Source: Octopus sinensis
Taxonomy: Eukaryota
DNA: 64,000 bases
Assembly: GCF_006345805.1 (NCBI RefSeq)
Contig: NC_043013.1
Span: forward strand, 17,546,001 to 17,610,000
Reading direction: 5' to 3'
A program made the translations under genes and the position numbers. The notes below the pieces were generated by a model. The model was given only the letters and a program-made list of their open reading frames with translations. It made no database searches and was not told where the DNA came from. Positions 1 to 10,739 of this stretch are shown in pieces; the first letter of the stretch is position 1; each line of letters starts with the position of its first letter.

Positions 1-518
1 ATAATGTGTATACAATGGCTCAGGTTTAGCTGCGTTGTAAGAACTTTGCTTCCCACACACATAATTTCAGGTTTAGATATACTGCATAGCACCTTGGGCT
101 AGTGTCTTCTATTATGGCCCCAGCTCAACCAAAGCCTTGTGAGTGGATTTGGTAGATGGGAACTGATAGGAGTCAGTCATGTATGTATGTATATGTTTTA
201 TATATATATATGTCCTGCCAATGCTAGTGCCATGTAAAAAGCATTCAGTTCACACTGTAAAGTGGCTGGCATCTGGAAGGGCATGCAGCTGTAAAAACCA
301 TGCCAAAACTGAACTCACCTGTGCTAGTGCTATGTAAAAATCACTCAGTCCACTCTGCAGGTAGGTTGGTGTTAGGAAGAGCATCCAGCCATAAAAATCA
401 TGCCAAAACAGATACAGAAGTCGGGTGCAGTCTTTGCCTGGCCAACTCCTGTCAAACCACCCAACCCAGGCCAGCATAGAAGATGGACATTAAGCGATGA
501 TATATATATATATATATT

Positions 519-1642
519 AGAAAAAAACACTTTTTATCAATTCAAAATAAAAAAATTAAATTGCGCCATCTAGAAAATTACATATAATAGAAATATTAAA
601 TATACGATAAAAAATATACCGATGATTAAGTAATGTGCAAAATAATAAATAAAACGTATATATTTGGTAGAATAAAGACACATGTTTCGAGGCTATATTT
701 AATAAATGATTATAGTAAAAATATTAGTAGTAGTAGTAAAATCACTTCAATATAAATATAGCCACTCATCAGATTAAAAATAACTACAATAATAAAATAA
801 TTAATTAATAAATATATGTAAATAATCCTTTAAAATACAAATATATTCTTATAATATATATATGTATGTATATATATATATATAAGATACAAAATATACA
901 TTAAGTGAAAACTAAATACAACACTTTAAACTATATACATTAAATCAAATTATTAATATATTTATTTAATAAACATCCAAATACAGTCTAATACCCATTA
1001 AGCAATTGATACTAAAAACCTTAAAATTAATTAATATACACAATGCTAGTACAAGCCATAAATACTGGAATCAAAAATAAGAATTAGTTCAAATATAGAC
1101 ACACCCATTATATAAACTAACTATATAATTAATATATATGTAGTATCTATAGATTTAATATATCACTCAATAATATAGTTGACCAAAATATCAATATTAA
1201 AGCTAATTTACTTAAATGTAATACTACTTGATAAATATACCACCTAATTATTAAATAATGTATTGTCTAACAAAATTAATTCTCAAATTAAATTATATAT
1301 AATACGTTAAATCCCTTTATAAAAATAATGATAAAGCATTCTAAATAAATAGATATCATAATTAATAACTATCATAACTTATAACTATCAATATATATAA
1401 ATATAATAATATTTCAACAACAATAATAATAACAATAATAATCAAACCCAATATAATTCAAAAGTCAAATAATATTTATAAGCAAAAACTGTTACTTTGC
1501 TTGTCAATGACACAATGCTAGTACAAGCCATAAATACTGGAATCAAAAATAAGAAATGGTTCAAATATAGACACACCCATTATATAAACTAACTATAGAA
1601 TTAATATATATGTAGTATCTATAGATTTAATATATCACTCAA
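519..1642. mobile_element. Penelope-like element (PLE) remnant, pseudo-LTR region
   Basis: Extremely AT-rich block containing a PLE-type hammerhead motif. It has a ~134-bp direct repeat (1037-1170 / 1509-1642) and a possible ORF-end remnant YKQKLLL near 1477-1497. A degenerate reverse copy of its terminus lies at ~6170-6270. Confidence 0.55.
670..778 (-). ncRNA. Minimal type I hammerhead ribozyme (PLE type)
   Basis: Minus strand reads CTGATGA (772-766), G + GGCTATATTTA ... TAAATATAGCC + C (stem II, 11 bp), then GAAA, C-ATGT-G (short stem III, palindromic ACATGT) and GTC cleavage triplet (679-677). Stem I is only ~3 bp plus a U-U pair. Confidence 0.75.
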
Positions 1643-2073
1643 TGGTTGAGTAGAGAGGAGGTGAAATATAAGTTACATATGGAACAATACACTGCGTGTT
1701 TACTGATCCACTCCACTGACCACAAGCCTGCTAGAAATAGCAACCTAATCTCCCTCAAACCATATTGTCTTAAATAAAGGACATATTAAAAATGTATTCT
1801 ATTACCCCTAAAGGTACAGAGTAACCATGGATAAAATTGCTTTTGGTTAGAGATCAGTTTGATGAAGGACACTAAAGTAATACAAAATTGTCATTAGTGA
1901 AAACAGCAACTAAATACTTGCTGTGACAGTTGAACTCAGGACTTTTGTGCTGACAATTTAAATTCACCTCTGTTCAGCTCCTCTTCCTGGCGCCTAAACC
2001 ACCTAGTCCTTTTCCATCTGATCACTCTCACCTTAATATATCCTTTTTTTTTTTGCAGTCTTGATATTTCAAA

Positions 2074-2215
2074 ATGATGAGCCTGAAGACTGGGTGTTTC
2101 TGTTGCTTCAAAGTATCTGCATGTGTGTATCTGTATAAGCTGTACCCTAAAAATCCTCTGTATAAGCTGTACCCTATAAATCCTCTACAGTATTTAGTGT
2201 GCTGTCTTGGAAGGG
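2074..2215 (+). CDS. FBXL7: F-box/LRR-repeat protein 7, predicted first coding exon (MMSLKTGCFCCF...VCCLGR)
   Basis: Poly-T acceptor ttttgcag at 2058, ATG at 2074, donor G|gtcagt at 2215/2216 in phase 1. An in-frame 27-nt tandem duplication lies inside it. Assigned by splice signals and phase, not by homology. Confidence 0.55.
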
Positions 2216-2292
2216 GTCAGTCAAACCAGCCCCCACCATCTGCTGATAGTTTTGACTGATGTTTTTCTTCTTTATCTCTTCTTTGATTTCAG

Positions 2293-2355
2293 CATCCATG
2301 TACAATATGAAGTGTTACTCTGCAGGTGCCACACCTGTCAATCTATCCATAAAAG
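2293..2355 (+). CDS. FBXL7: FBXL7 predicted 63-nt exon (ASMYNMKCYSAGATPVNLSIK)
   Basis: 77-nt intron with pyrimidine tract ending tttcag; donor AAG|gtaggg. Open phase 1-1 exon that joins in frame to the exon at 18942. Confidence 0.6.
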
Positions 2356-2616
2356 GTAGGGTGTGTTACACTCTGAGCCGCACTGCACGTAATGCACATG
2401 CTGTTCACATGTCTACACTTAACTAAAACTTTGCATGAACAGTTACTAACTCTCACTCCGCCTTTACCATAAACTCTCATATTCAACTATGAAATAACAC
2501 TTAACTATTCATATATTAGCATATAGCTACTAACTTTCACATACAGCTACTCAGTCACATAAACATTCAATTATATATATCCATATATACTCTTAACTAT
2601 CTGTGCACACTCAACC

Positions 2617-2646
<30 letters not shown>

Positions 2647-2651
<5 letters not shown>

Positions 2652-3521
2652 GGGTACCCCAAAATAATCAGAAACATTCTCTGTGGGACAAGCTCATTGT
2701 AGTTCAGGCTTCCACCACTGGAAGCCACTTGATGCAACCCTCAGACATCAGTCTGCCAACTAGCATTGTCCAATGGGATCATACTGCCACATAGTATGTC
2801 TTTGTTTTGCAGTGCTTCTCCCCTGTTCGTTGATTTTTGCAATGGCTGAAACAAAGGAATGGCATGCTTCCATGAAATTCTGTTTTCTCTTAGGGGAAAC
2901 AGTGGCTGAAACAGTTGTCACACTTCAAACAGCTTAGAAATCCACTGCTATGAGCAAAACAAGTTTACAAGTGATTTCCATGCTTTAGGAATGGTCACTT
3001 GTCTCTTGACTGACCTCATTCAGAACAACTGCTGACCTCCCCAATGAATGAAAACATCTTGAAGAACCGTCACCAAACAAGTGACAAACTTGATATGACT
3101 GGTGTATCCTGGAGCTCCTGCCAAAAAATTTTGAGTGAGGAATTGCAAATGAAAAGAGTCGCAACAAAATTTGTGCCTTGCTTGCTCACAGAAGATCAAA
3201 AGCAGTCACGACTGAATGTGTGTTGTGAACTAAAAGAACGATCAAAGTTGATCAGGACCTTTTTTCAAAGGTCATCTCTGGTGATGAAAGCTGGTGCTAT
3301 GGAATTTGCTGATGTGGAAGAGGTGAAGAAAAAACAATGGCGGCATTAAAAGGTATCCCTTCACAAGAGTTCCAGCACTGCTTTGAACAGTAGAAAACAT
3401 GTCTGGATCGATGCATTGCTTGAAATGGAGAATACTTTGAAGGTGATAAAAGTGTAAACATGTGTAACTAAGGGAATAGAATAATATTGCAAAATTTTGG
3501 TTTCTTTTGGGTATTCCCTCA
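2647..3521 (+). mobile_element. Internally deleted mariner element
   Basis: Imperfect TIRs flanked by TA. Transposase remnant KFVPCLLTEDQKQSRL jumps at ~3300 straight to the C-terminus (FADVEEVKKK...GEYFEGDK), so the catalytic core is deleted. Confidence 0.85.
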
Positions 3522-4729
3522 TATAATACACATGCAGTCACTAACTTAAAGACTCCACTAAACGGGGAAACCTGATTTGTATAAATAGCATCTAACCAGC
3601 AGCTTAATTCAATTAACTGTTTGTATATCTGTCAATATCCAGAATAAATCATATTGGTCAAAAGTATACATTTGGTCAAACAGCATAAGTTGAATACCTT
3701 GTAATCATAAAGCTGATACCTTTTATTATTAGTATTTAATCGATCAATCCAAAAGTTGTGAGAAGAGAATAACTGGTTAACTTAGCTGTAGTACAATTTA
3801 AATGTGCACATTAGAATATTTTTTTTAATCTCTGCACTGCCACCACCACCACCACCACTATCATTGCTATTCTAACCGCCATTGTTATAATCCTACTCAC
3901 AGTTTCCACTACCTTCCTCACCACTTCCACTGACAGTACCATCGTTATCACCATTACTGCCACCACCACCACGCTCACTATCATCACCTGCACCATCACC
4001 ACCTCAACCAGGTTTTGTTTATTTTCATCTTATTTTCTTTAGGCTGACAACAGTTTGGTAACCTGTAACTTAGAAACACATCCTTTTGTATTTAATTTTT
4101 CTAACATTGCTCTCTTTTTCCCTTGTACTTCTCCTTCTCTTTCTCCCTCCTACTCCCTCCTCTCTCTCCTCTTCTCCAACTTCTATGATCTCTTTTGACG
4201 CACTAAGCTCCCAGATTTTGTGCATAATATTTTGTTATTGCCTTTCCTTTCTCCTTTGATATGCTTCTTAATCCACCCTGAACCTTGTTTCTGTTAATCC
4301 TTGCAACACCCCATTCTCACTACTTAATACTGTTTTCTCAACCAAATTTTATAAACTCCATTTTATTTTATTATAAAGTTTTTTTGTGTTTTGTTTTTGT
4401 TACCTGACTGAATTTTCACCTACAACAATTAACAACTTGGACACTTAACCATACATCACCTTTATAGTCTCACATCCAGGTCATCTATTGGCTGTTATTA
4501 AATCTGAACCTTGTCTTGGTCATTTAGTGTGTATTGAACTTATGACCTCATATCTTGGTCAGATATTGTGTATGTATTACATTTATCTCCAGGTCATCTG
4601 TAACCTGTGAATCAGTTTGATGCAAAAATAATTGCTGTTTTTACTTATCAACTTTAAAGCAATGTATCTCAGCTCAGAATAAATTTTATTTATCAAAAGA
4701 ATAAAAATTAGAATCTACTATTGTATTAC

Positions 4730-5985
4730 GGACCGACAGGAAAGAAAGGAGTCACGGTGGAGTTGCTATGTACATCCGTGAAGACCTCACACCCCAGGTC
4801 CTTTTGTCAGACTTAAATTCAGTGACACACTAATTGTACATATAAGGCAACTTGGTGTAGTTATATATGCTACATATCGCCCTCCAGATGCTCCAAATCA
4901 TGTAGTCAAGTTTGAAGACTGCCTTACAAAAATAGAAGTTCTAGTTACATTAGAACAACACATAAATGTACTTCTTATGGGAGACTTCAATCTGCCCAAT
5001 GTCAGATGGCCCGAAAGCCTTTCTCTCCCAGGAATGACACGATGTGAACAAGGACAGGTGAGGTCCCTACTGAACCTCATCAACACTTTGTACATGGAGC
5101 AAATAGTACTCCAACCAACCAGGGCAGGTGACATACTGGATCTTTGCTTCACAAATAATATGGATCTCATCCATAATGTGAAAGTGACACTGACGCTACT
5201 CTCAAATCACAACATGGTAGAGCTGACCATGTACAGGCCAAAGGAAAGCATGGACATGCAGCCTACAAGAAACTCTCAGAATCTTTCCCGCTTGAACTTC
5301 CATAAGCTGAGTTTGGGTTCATTTCATCTATAGCCCTTATTACATCGTCTTCCTTTATATTGATGTAATTAATCATCATTGCCTCTGTTTTTATATCTGC
5401 AGTGGTAAAGAAGTCAGTTGGATTGCTGATTTGAAAGTGCCCTAGGGGTGGAGTGAAAATACTTTTGAATTGCTCATTTAGTATTTCACTTATCCTCATT
5501 AGATTTCCTGTGAGTGTACCATCTCTTTTCAAGGAATGGCCCTATCCTGCAAAGCTGTTTGGGGATTTTGTTTAGGCCAGTTTTGTTTGAGGATCTCTTT
5601 CATTGAGAAAGAGATCCTCAAACAAAACTGGCCTAAATGTCTCTCCTCACCAGACATCGACATGAAACTTCAACAATTCATGTCTATAATGAAAGCCATA
5701 TGCTACAAATGTGTTCCGGAGAGAAAGGCCACTGTACACAAGAACAAAATCCCCAGGGAGAGGAAAATTATTATGAGACAGTGTACAAAAGTTTCAAATC
5801 GCCTAAACAAACAAATTGAAAGCAGTGAAAAGTCCCGCCTGAAAATACAACTGTTGGAATTTGAAAAAAGTCTGCAACTCTGCCATGAAAAAGAAAGAGT
5901 AGACAAAGAAACCTGGGCTATAGACAATATAAAATCTAACCCCAGAGCTTTCTACAAGTTTGCCAAAGAAACAGCTTCAGTGTTA
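4730..5985 (+). mobile_element. CR1/L2-group LINE ORF2 fragment (endonuclease and linker), internally rearranged
   Basis: AP-endonuclease motifs (SHGGVAMYI, YRPP, MGDFNLPNVRW, QPTRAGDILDLCFTN) and linker KSNPRAFYKFAK. The segment ~5306-5601 is inverted (ILNEQFKSIFT on -). Confidence 0.85.
5571..5637. repeat. Perfect 31-bp hairpin at the LINE inversion junction
   Basis: tttaggccagttttgtttgaggatctctttc - attga - gaaagagatcctcaaacaaaactggcctaaa. Confidence 0.95.
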
Positions 5986-6051
5986 ACAGACAGATACGAG
6001 AGAAGTAATCTTATAAATTTTTAAAATCACAGTCAATATATACATATATAT

Positions 6052-6169
6052 ATAACATACAGTTAGACCAGGTTTATTATAATGTTGATTCTATTTGTTG
6101 CCCACACGCATGGACTTACGTGTATGAAGAAGAAGAATATTGTAATAACCTGGTCTAACTGTATGTTAT
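6052..6169. mobile_element. MITE-like fold-back element
   Basis: ~34-bp inverted repeats (23 bp perfect: ataacatacagttagaccaggtt); core TA|CAGTTAGACC...GGTCTAACTG|TA. Confidence 0.55.
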
Positions 6170-6438
6170 CTTATATTTAATTTTTTCTATAGGATGTAAT
6201 TTTTTTCTATATGGTATAATTTAATTTGTTCATTGTTGAATTGATAAAAGGTGGTTCTTTTAATTTATATATATATATTTTATATAAATATATATTTGTG
6301 TATATATTATACATATGAATGTATATATATAAATATATTTGTGATATTTGTGTATATATTATACATGTGAGTGTATATATATCTATATATATATATATAT
6401 GTATATTAAATATATATTTGTGTATACATTATACATGA

Positions 6439-6486
<48 letters not shown>

Positions 6487-6493
<7 letters not shown>

Positions 6494-7020
6494 CATCAAC
6501 ATTTAACGTCTGCTTTCCATGTTAGCATGGGTTGGCCGATTGATTGAGGGCTGGCGAACCAGATGGCTGCACCAGGCCTCCATCTTGATCTGGCAGAGTT
6601 TCTACAGCTGGATGCCCTTCCTAACGACAACCACTCTGAGAATGTAGTGGGTGCTTTTTACATGCCACCGGCACGGGGCCAGTCTGGCGGTACTGGCAAC
6701 GACCTCGCTCGAATCCTTTACACATGGCACAGGTGCCAGTAAGGCGATGCTGGTAATGATCACGCTCGAATGGTGTCTTTTACATGCTAGCGGCACAGAG
6801 GCCAGATAGCCACTCTGGCAACGATCACGCTCGGATGGCGCTCTTAATACCCTACTAGCACAGGGCTCGAGTGCCAGTAAGGCAACACTGGTAACGATCA
6901 CGCTTGAAAGGTGCCCTTTTATGTGCAACTGGCACGGAAGCCGGTTAGCCGCTCTGTCAGTGATCACACTCGTATGGTGCTCTTTGCACCCTGCTAGCAC
7001 AGACGCCAGTCATCGAATTT
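6487..7020 (-). mobile_element. SINE family B with RTE-like 3' tail (GAT)n and 5' tandem monomers
   Basis: Core ggcgttaggaagggcatccagctgtagaaac, tail ...gacgttaaatgatgatg, and ~6 monomers of ~65 bp. Other copies at ~222-500, 10735-11060(-), 13368-13690, 21274-21580(-), 22022-22185, 42550-42830, 53300-53640(-). Confidence 0.85.
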
Positions 7021-7883
7021 GATTTTGATTTATATATTTGCGTATATATATAAATGATGTATGTGTGTGTGTATATAGTATATATATATGTGTGTATATA
7101 GTATATATATATGTGTGTATATTATAGATGTGTATGTGTAAATATGTATATTTGTGTATATATTATGCATGTGTGCCTGTGTATATATGTATGTATATAT
7201 ACTTTCATGTATGTAGCCTCTTCATCATGAAACATCTCTTCTGGTCAGTACCTGATATGATGTCATTTGACAACAACAACAGGAACAACAACCTTCATGT
7301 CAAGTGTTATATCAACATCTTCTGACAGCTAATCTCCTAGAAAAAACTTTCAGCTTCCTGGAGAGTGTGAGTCAGGTTGCATGGACAGGGTGCCTTGGAT
7401 ATTGTGTGTGTGTGTGTGTGGATGTATTTGTATGGGTGTGGAGGAGAAGGAAGAGGCGTTTGTTTTTATTGGATATTCTCTGAGGAATAACTTGTTAGTT
7501 ATTGTTATCTTTTATGTCAGTCCAGATAACAGGTGGAAAATTGATTCCTTTGTCTGACTTCTGTCTTACATATTGTTGTGTATGTGAGTGTATATTTATA
7601 TATACAGTGTGTGTGTGTGTATGCAGTTGTTGGTGTGTGGCAAATAAGTGGAACACTTGATATACACATTTATACACCCACCATGCTATTACTGTGTCCC
7701 TCATATATACAACCATGTCTAACATCATGTCTTCACAAACATACATAAACACACACCACTCAGTATATATTCATATATATATATATATATATATAGCTCC
7801 AAGTCAAATACCATACACCCACCCACACACACACACAGTGGTCTGTTTATCAAAAATATATAACCATGTTCAACAAAGTAGGA

Positions 7884-7932
<49 letters not shown>

Positions 7933-8178
7933 TACGTACATATATACACACACACGTTTATGAAATTCTACGCCCAGAAACATTGATGTAAAAATAATAA
8001 AAATATTTTCTTTTCGTTGGTGTGCTGCATGTCTGATGAGAACCCAGACACCACTGCTGTCAGTCACTGTGAGATGTAGTGGTGTTGATGGTGGGTTGAT
8101 AGGTGGTGTAGTGATGGAGCTAATTGGAAGAGATGGTCATGGTGTTATTAATGTGTACATAGGGGTGTGGAAGAATTG

Positions 8179-8213
<35 letters not shown>

Positions 8214-8414
8214 GAATGTTTCATTTTACGTTAGTTTATGATAAAATCTTAACATTAGGTGCATGCATGGCTGATAGGTAAGAAGCTTGCTTCGAAACCA
8301 CATTGTTCTGGGTTCAGTCCCACTCTATGGTACCTTGAGCAAGTGTCTTCTACTATAGCCTAAGGCTGACCAAAACCTCATCAGTGGATTTGGTACATAA
8401 AAACTGAAAAAAGC

Positions 8415-8456
<42 letters not shown>

Positions 8457-9237
8457 AATATAATTGTGTATGAAACATACATGGAGAGAAAGCCACTATG
8501 CTAAAAATGGTTTTAATCTTTGACTGCCATTTTTAGCATGTAAGAAATCCATGTAGTGGTTTTTTTCTCTGTGTGTGTTTTAAAATATTTTTGTCTTCTG
8601 ACTCGTATTATGCATGCTGGCCACTGGTGAAAAAATTTTGATAATTTTCTCTTGTTTTTATACAGTTATATATCTATATATTTATACATAATTAGGATAA
8701 AGTCATTATCTAAAGATTTATCAGTGGCCAACATACTAACGGGACCATAATGTTTACTTTGTATTTAAGTATAATTATAAAATATAATTATAATAAGGGT
8801 GCTGAAACGACAATGCCTGTATGCTAGAAATAGACCCCAAATGATCTACAAGCCACTTAGGTTATTACTCCATTACCATAAGGTTGTATGTGAGAAAAAT
8901 GGACAGAAAGGATTTATATAGTGAACAATACTATATCTCAAGATTTCATGGTTTGCGATATTAAAAACACTTTCCACTCTTCAGAAGTGTAAACCAATCG
9001 TAAATAAATGAGAAATACATATACATACTATAGATATACAGTCATACAAATACAAGCATAGACATGCATTTCACACAGATATATGAAGTAAAAAGCCAAA
9101 TGTCCATTTCAACCATGTGGTAATGGAGAAATAACTTAAGTGGTTTGTAGAACATTTGGGGTCTATTTCTAGTATACAGGCGTTGTTGTTTCAGTGCCCT
9201 TATAATAATAATATCTAATAATCATACTTAAAAAATA

Positions 9238-10523
9238 TTGGCTTGTCCAGAAAGTTCGTGCCGATTTATAGTAGCTTACCTTTCGACTTATTTTAGAACA
9301 TGGTTGAGTCCATAAAATAGGATTTTACTACATCTCCATTTAGAGCACAGTTTAAGCTGTGTTTTCCTGGAAGAAGGTTTATGTTCCTATAACCTGTGTT
9401 AATTCTGTAACCCTTTAAAATGGAAGATAAGAAAGTTCATTTTCAGCACTTGATGCTTTTCTTTTTCCGTAAAGGGAAAAATGTGTCTCACAAGCAACCA
9501 AAGAAATATGAGCAGTTTACGGTGATGTTTCTTTATCCAAAAGAACTGTACAGAAGTGGTTCGCAAGGTTCCGAGCTGGAGATTGTAGCCTTATTGATAA
9601 AGAGCAATCAGGCAGACCAACCACTACAGATGATGACCATATCAAGTCATTAATTGAGAATAACCCACATTGCACAACCCGAGAATTGGCAGAAAGCCTC
9701 AACCTATTAAAATCCGTTGTTCATGAGCACCTGGTAAAGCTTGGGTACACAAATCGCTACAATGTTTGGGTACCACATGAATTGTGTGAGAAGAACCTTT
9801 TGGATCACATTTCCATCTGTAATTCGCTTTATAAATGGAATGAAAATGTGCCTTTTTTAAAGCAAATTGTGACAGGTGATGAGAAATGGATTATCTACAG
9901 AAATGTTCAGAGAATGCAATCCTGTAGTAAGCGACATGAGCCACCCTTAGCCACCCCAAAAGTGGGTCTTCACCCTAAAAAAGTCTTGCTTTGTGTCTGG
10001 TGAGAATGGAAAGGAATTCTGTACTATGAGCTTCTCCCAAGTAACCAGACAATTCATTCTGAGAAATACTGCATACAACTAGAAGAGTTAAAAGCAGCAA
10101 TTCAAGAGAAACGTCCAGAATTGGCCAACAGGAAGGGTGTTATTTTCCAACATGATAATGCAAGACAACACATTTCTTTGGGAATCAGACAAAAATTGCT
10201 GCAGCTCGGCTGGGATATGTTACCCCACCCTCCATATTCACCAGATATTGCTCCTTTGGATTTCCACTTATTCAGGTCTCTGCAGAATAGTCTTAATGGT
10301 AAAAATTTTAATTCCTTGGATGACATAAAAAGATACCTTGATGAATTCTTTGCCATGAAACCACCTCAATTCTGGGAAGAGGGTATTTTCAAGTTAAAGG
10401 AAAGATGGAGACACATTGTGCAACGAAATGGTTCAGATTTGGTTGACTAAAAATGTAATGGCAAGTATTTATTGACCTTTTTCTTTCCTTTAAAAATTGG
10501 CACAAACTTTCCAGACAACCCAG
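9238..10523 (+). mobile_element. Full-length (1286 bp) mariner, non-functional D,D34D transposase
   Basis: ~30-bp TIRs and TA duplications; ORF 9420-10450 with WVPHEL, TGDEKW, HDNA and YSPDIAPLD (34-residue spacing counted). One frameshift (~9485) and TGA stops at 9509 and 10001. Confidence 0.97.
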
Positions 10524-10690
10524 TATATAGATGCAAACGTGGCTGTGTGATAAGAAGCTTGCTTCTCAACCACATGGTTCCAGGTTCTGTCCCACTGTGT
10601 GGCACCTTGGGCTAGTGTCTTCTACTATAGCCTCAGGCCAACCAAAACCTTGTGTGTGGATTTGGTAGATGGAAACTGAAAGAAGCCCAT

Positions 10691-10739
<49 letters not shown>

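Noticed and set aside
8033-8040. Additional CTGATGA motifs (8033, 30722, 53982, and 32852-32858 on -) as hammerheads
   Set aside because: None is followed by a closing stem II and GAAA-stem III-NUH.
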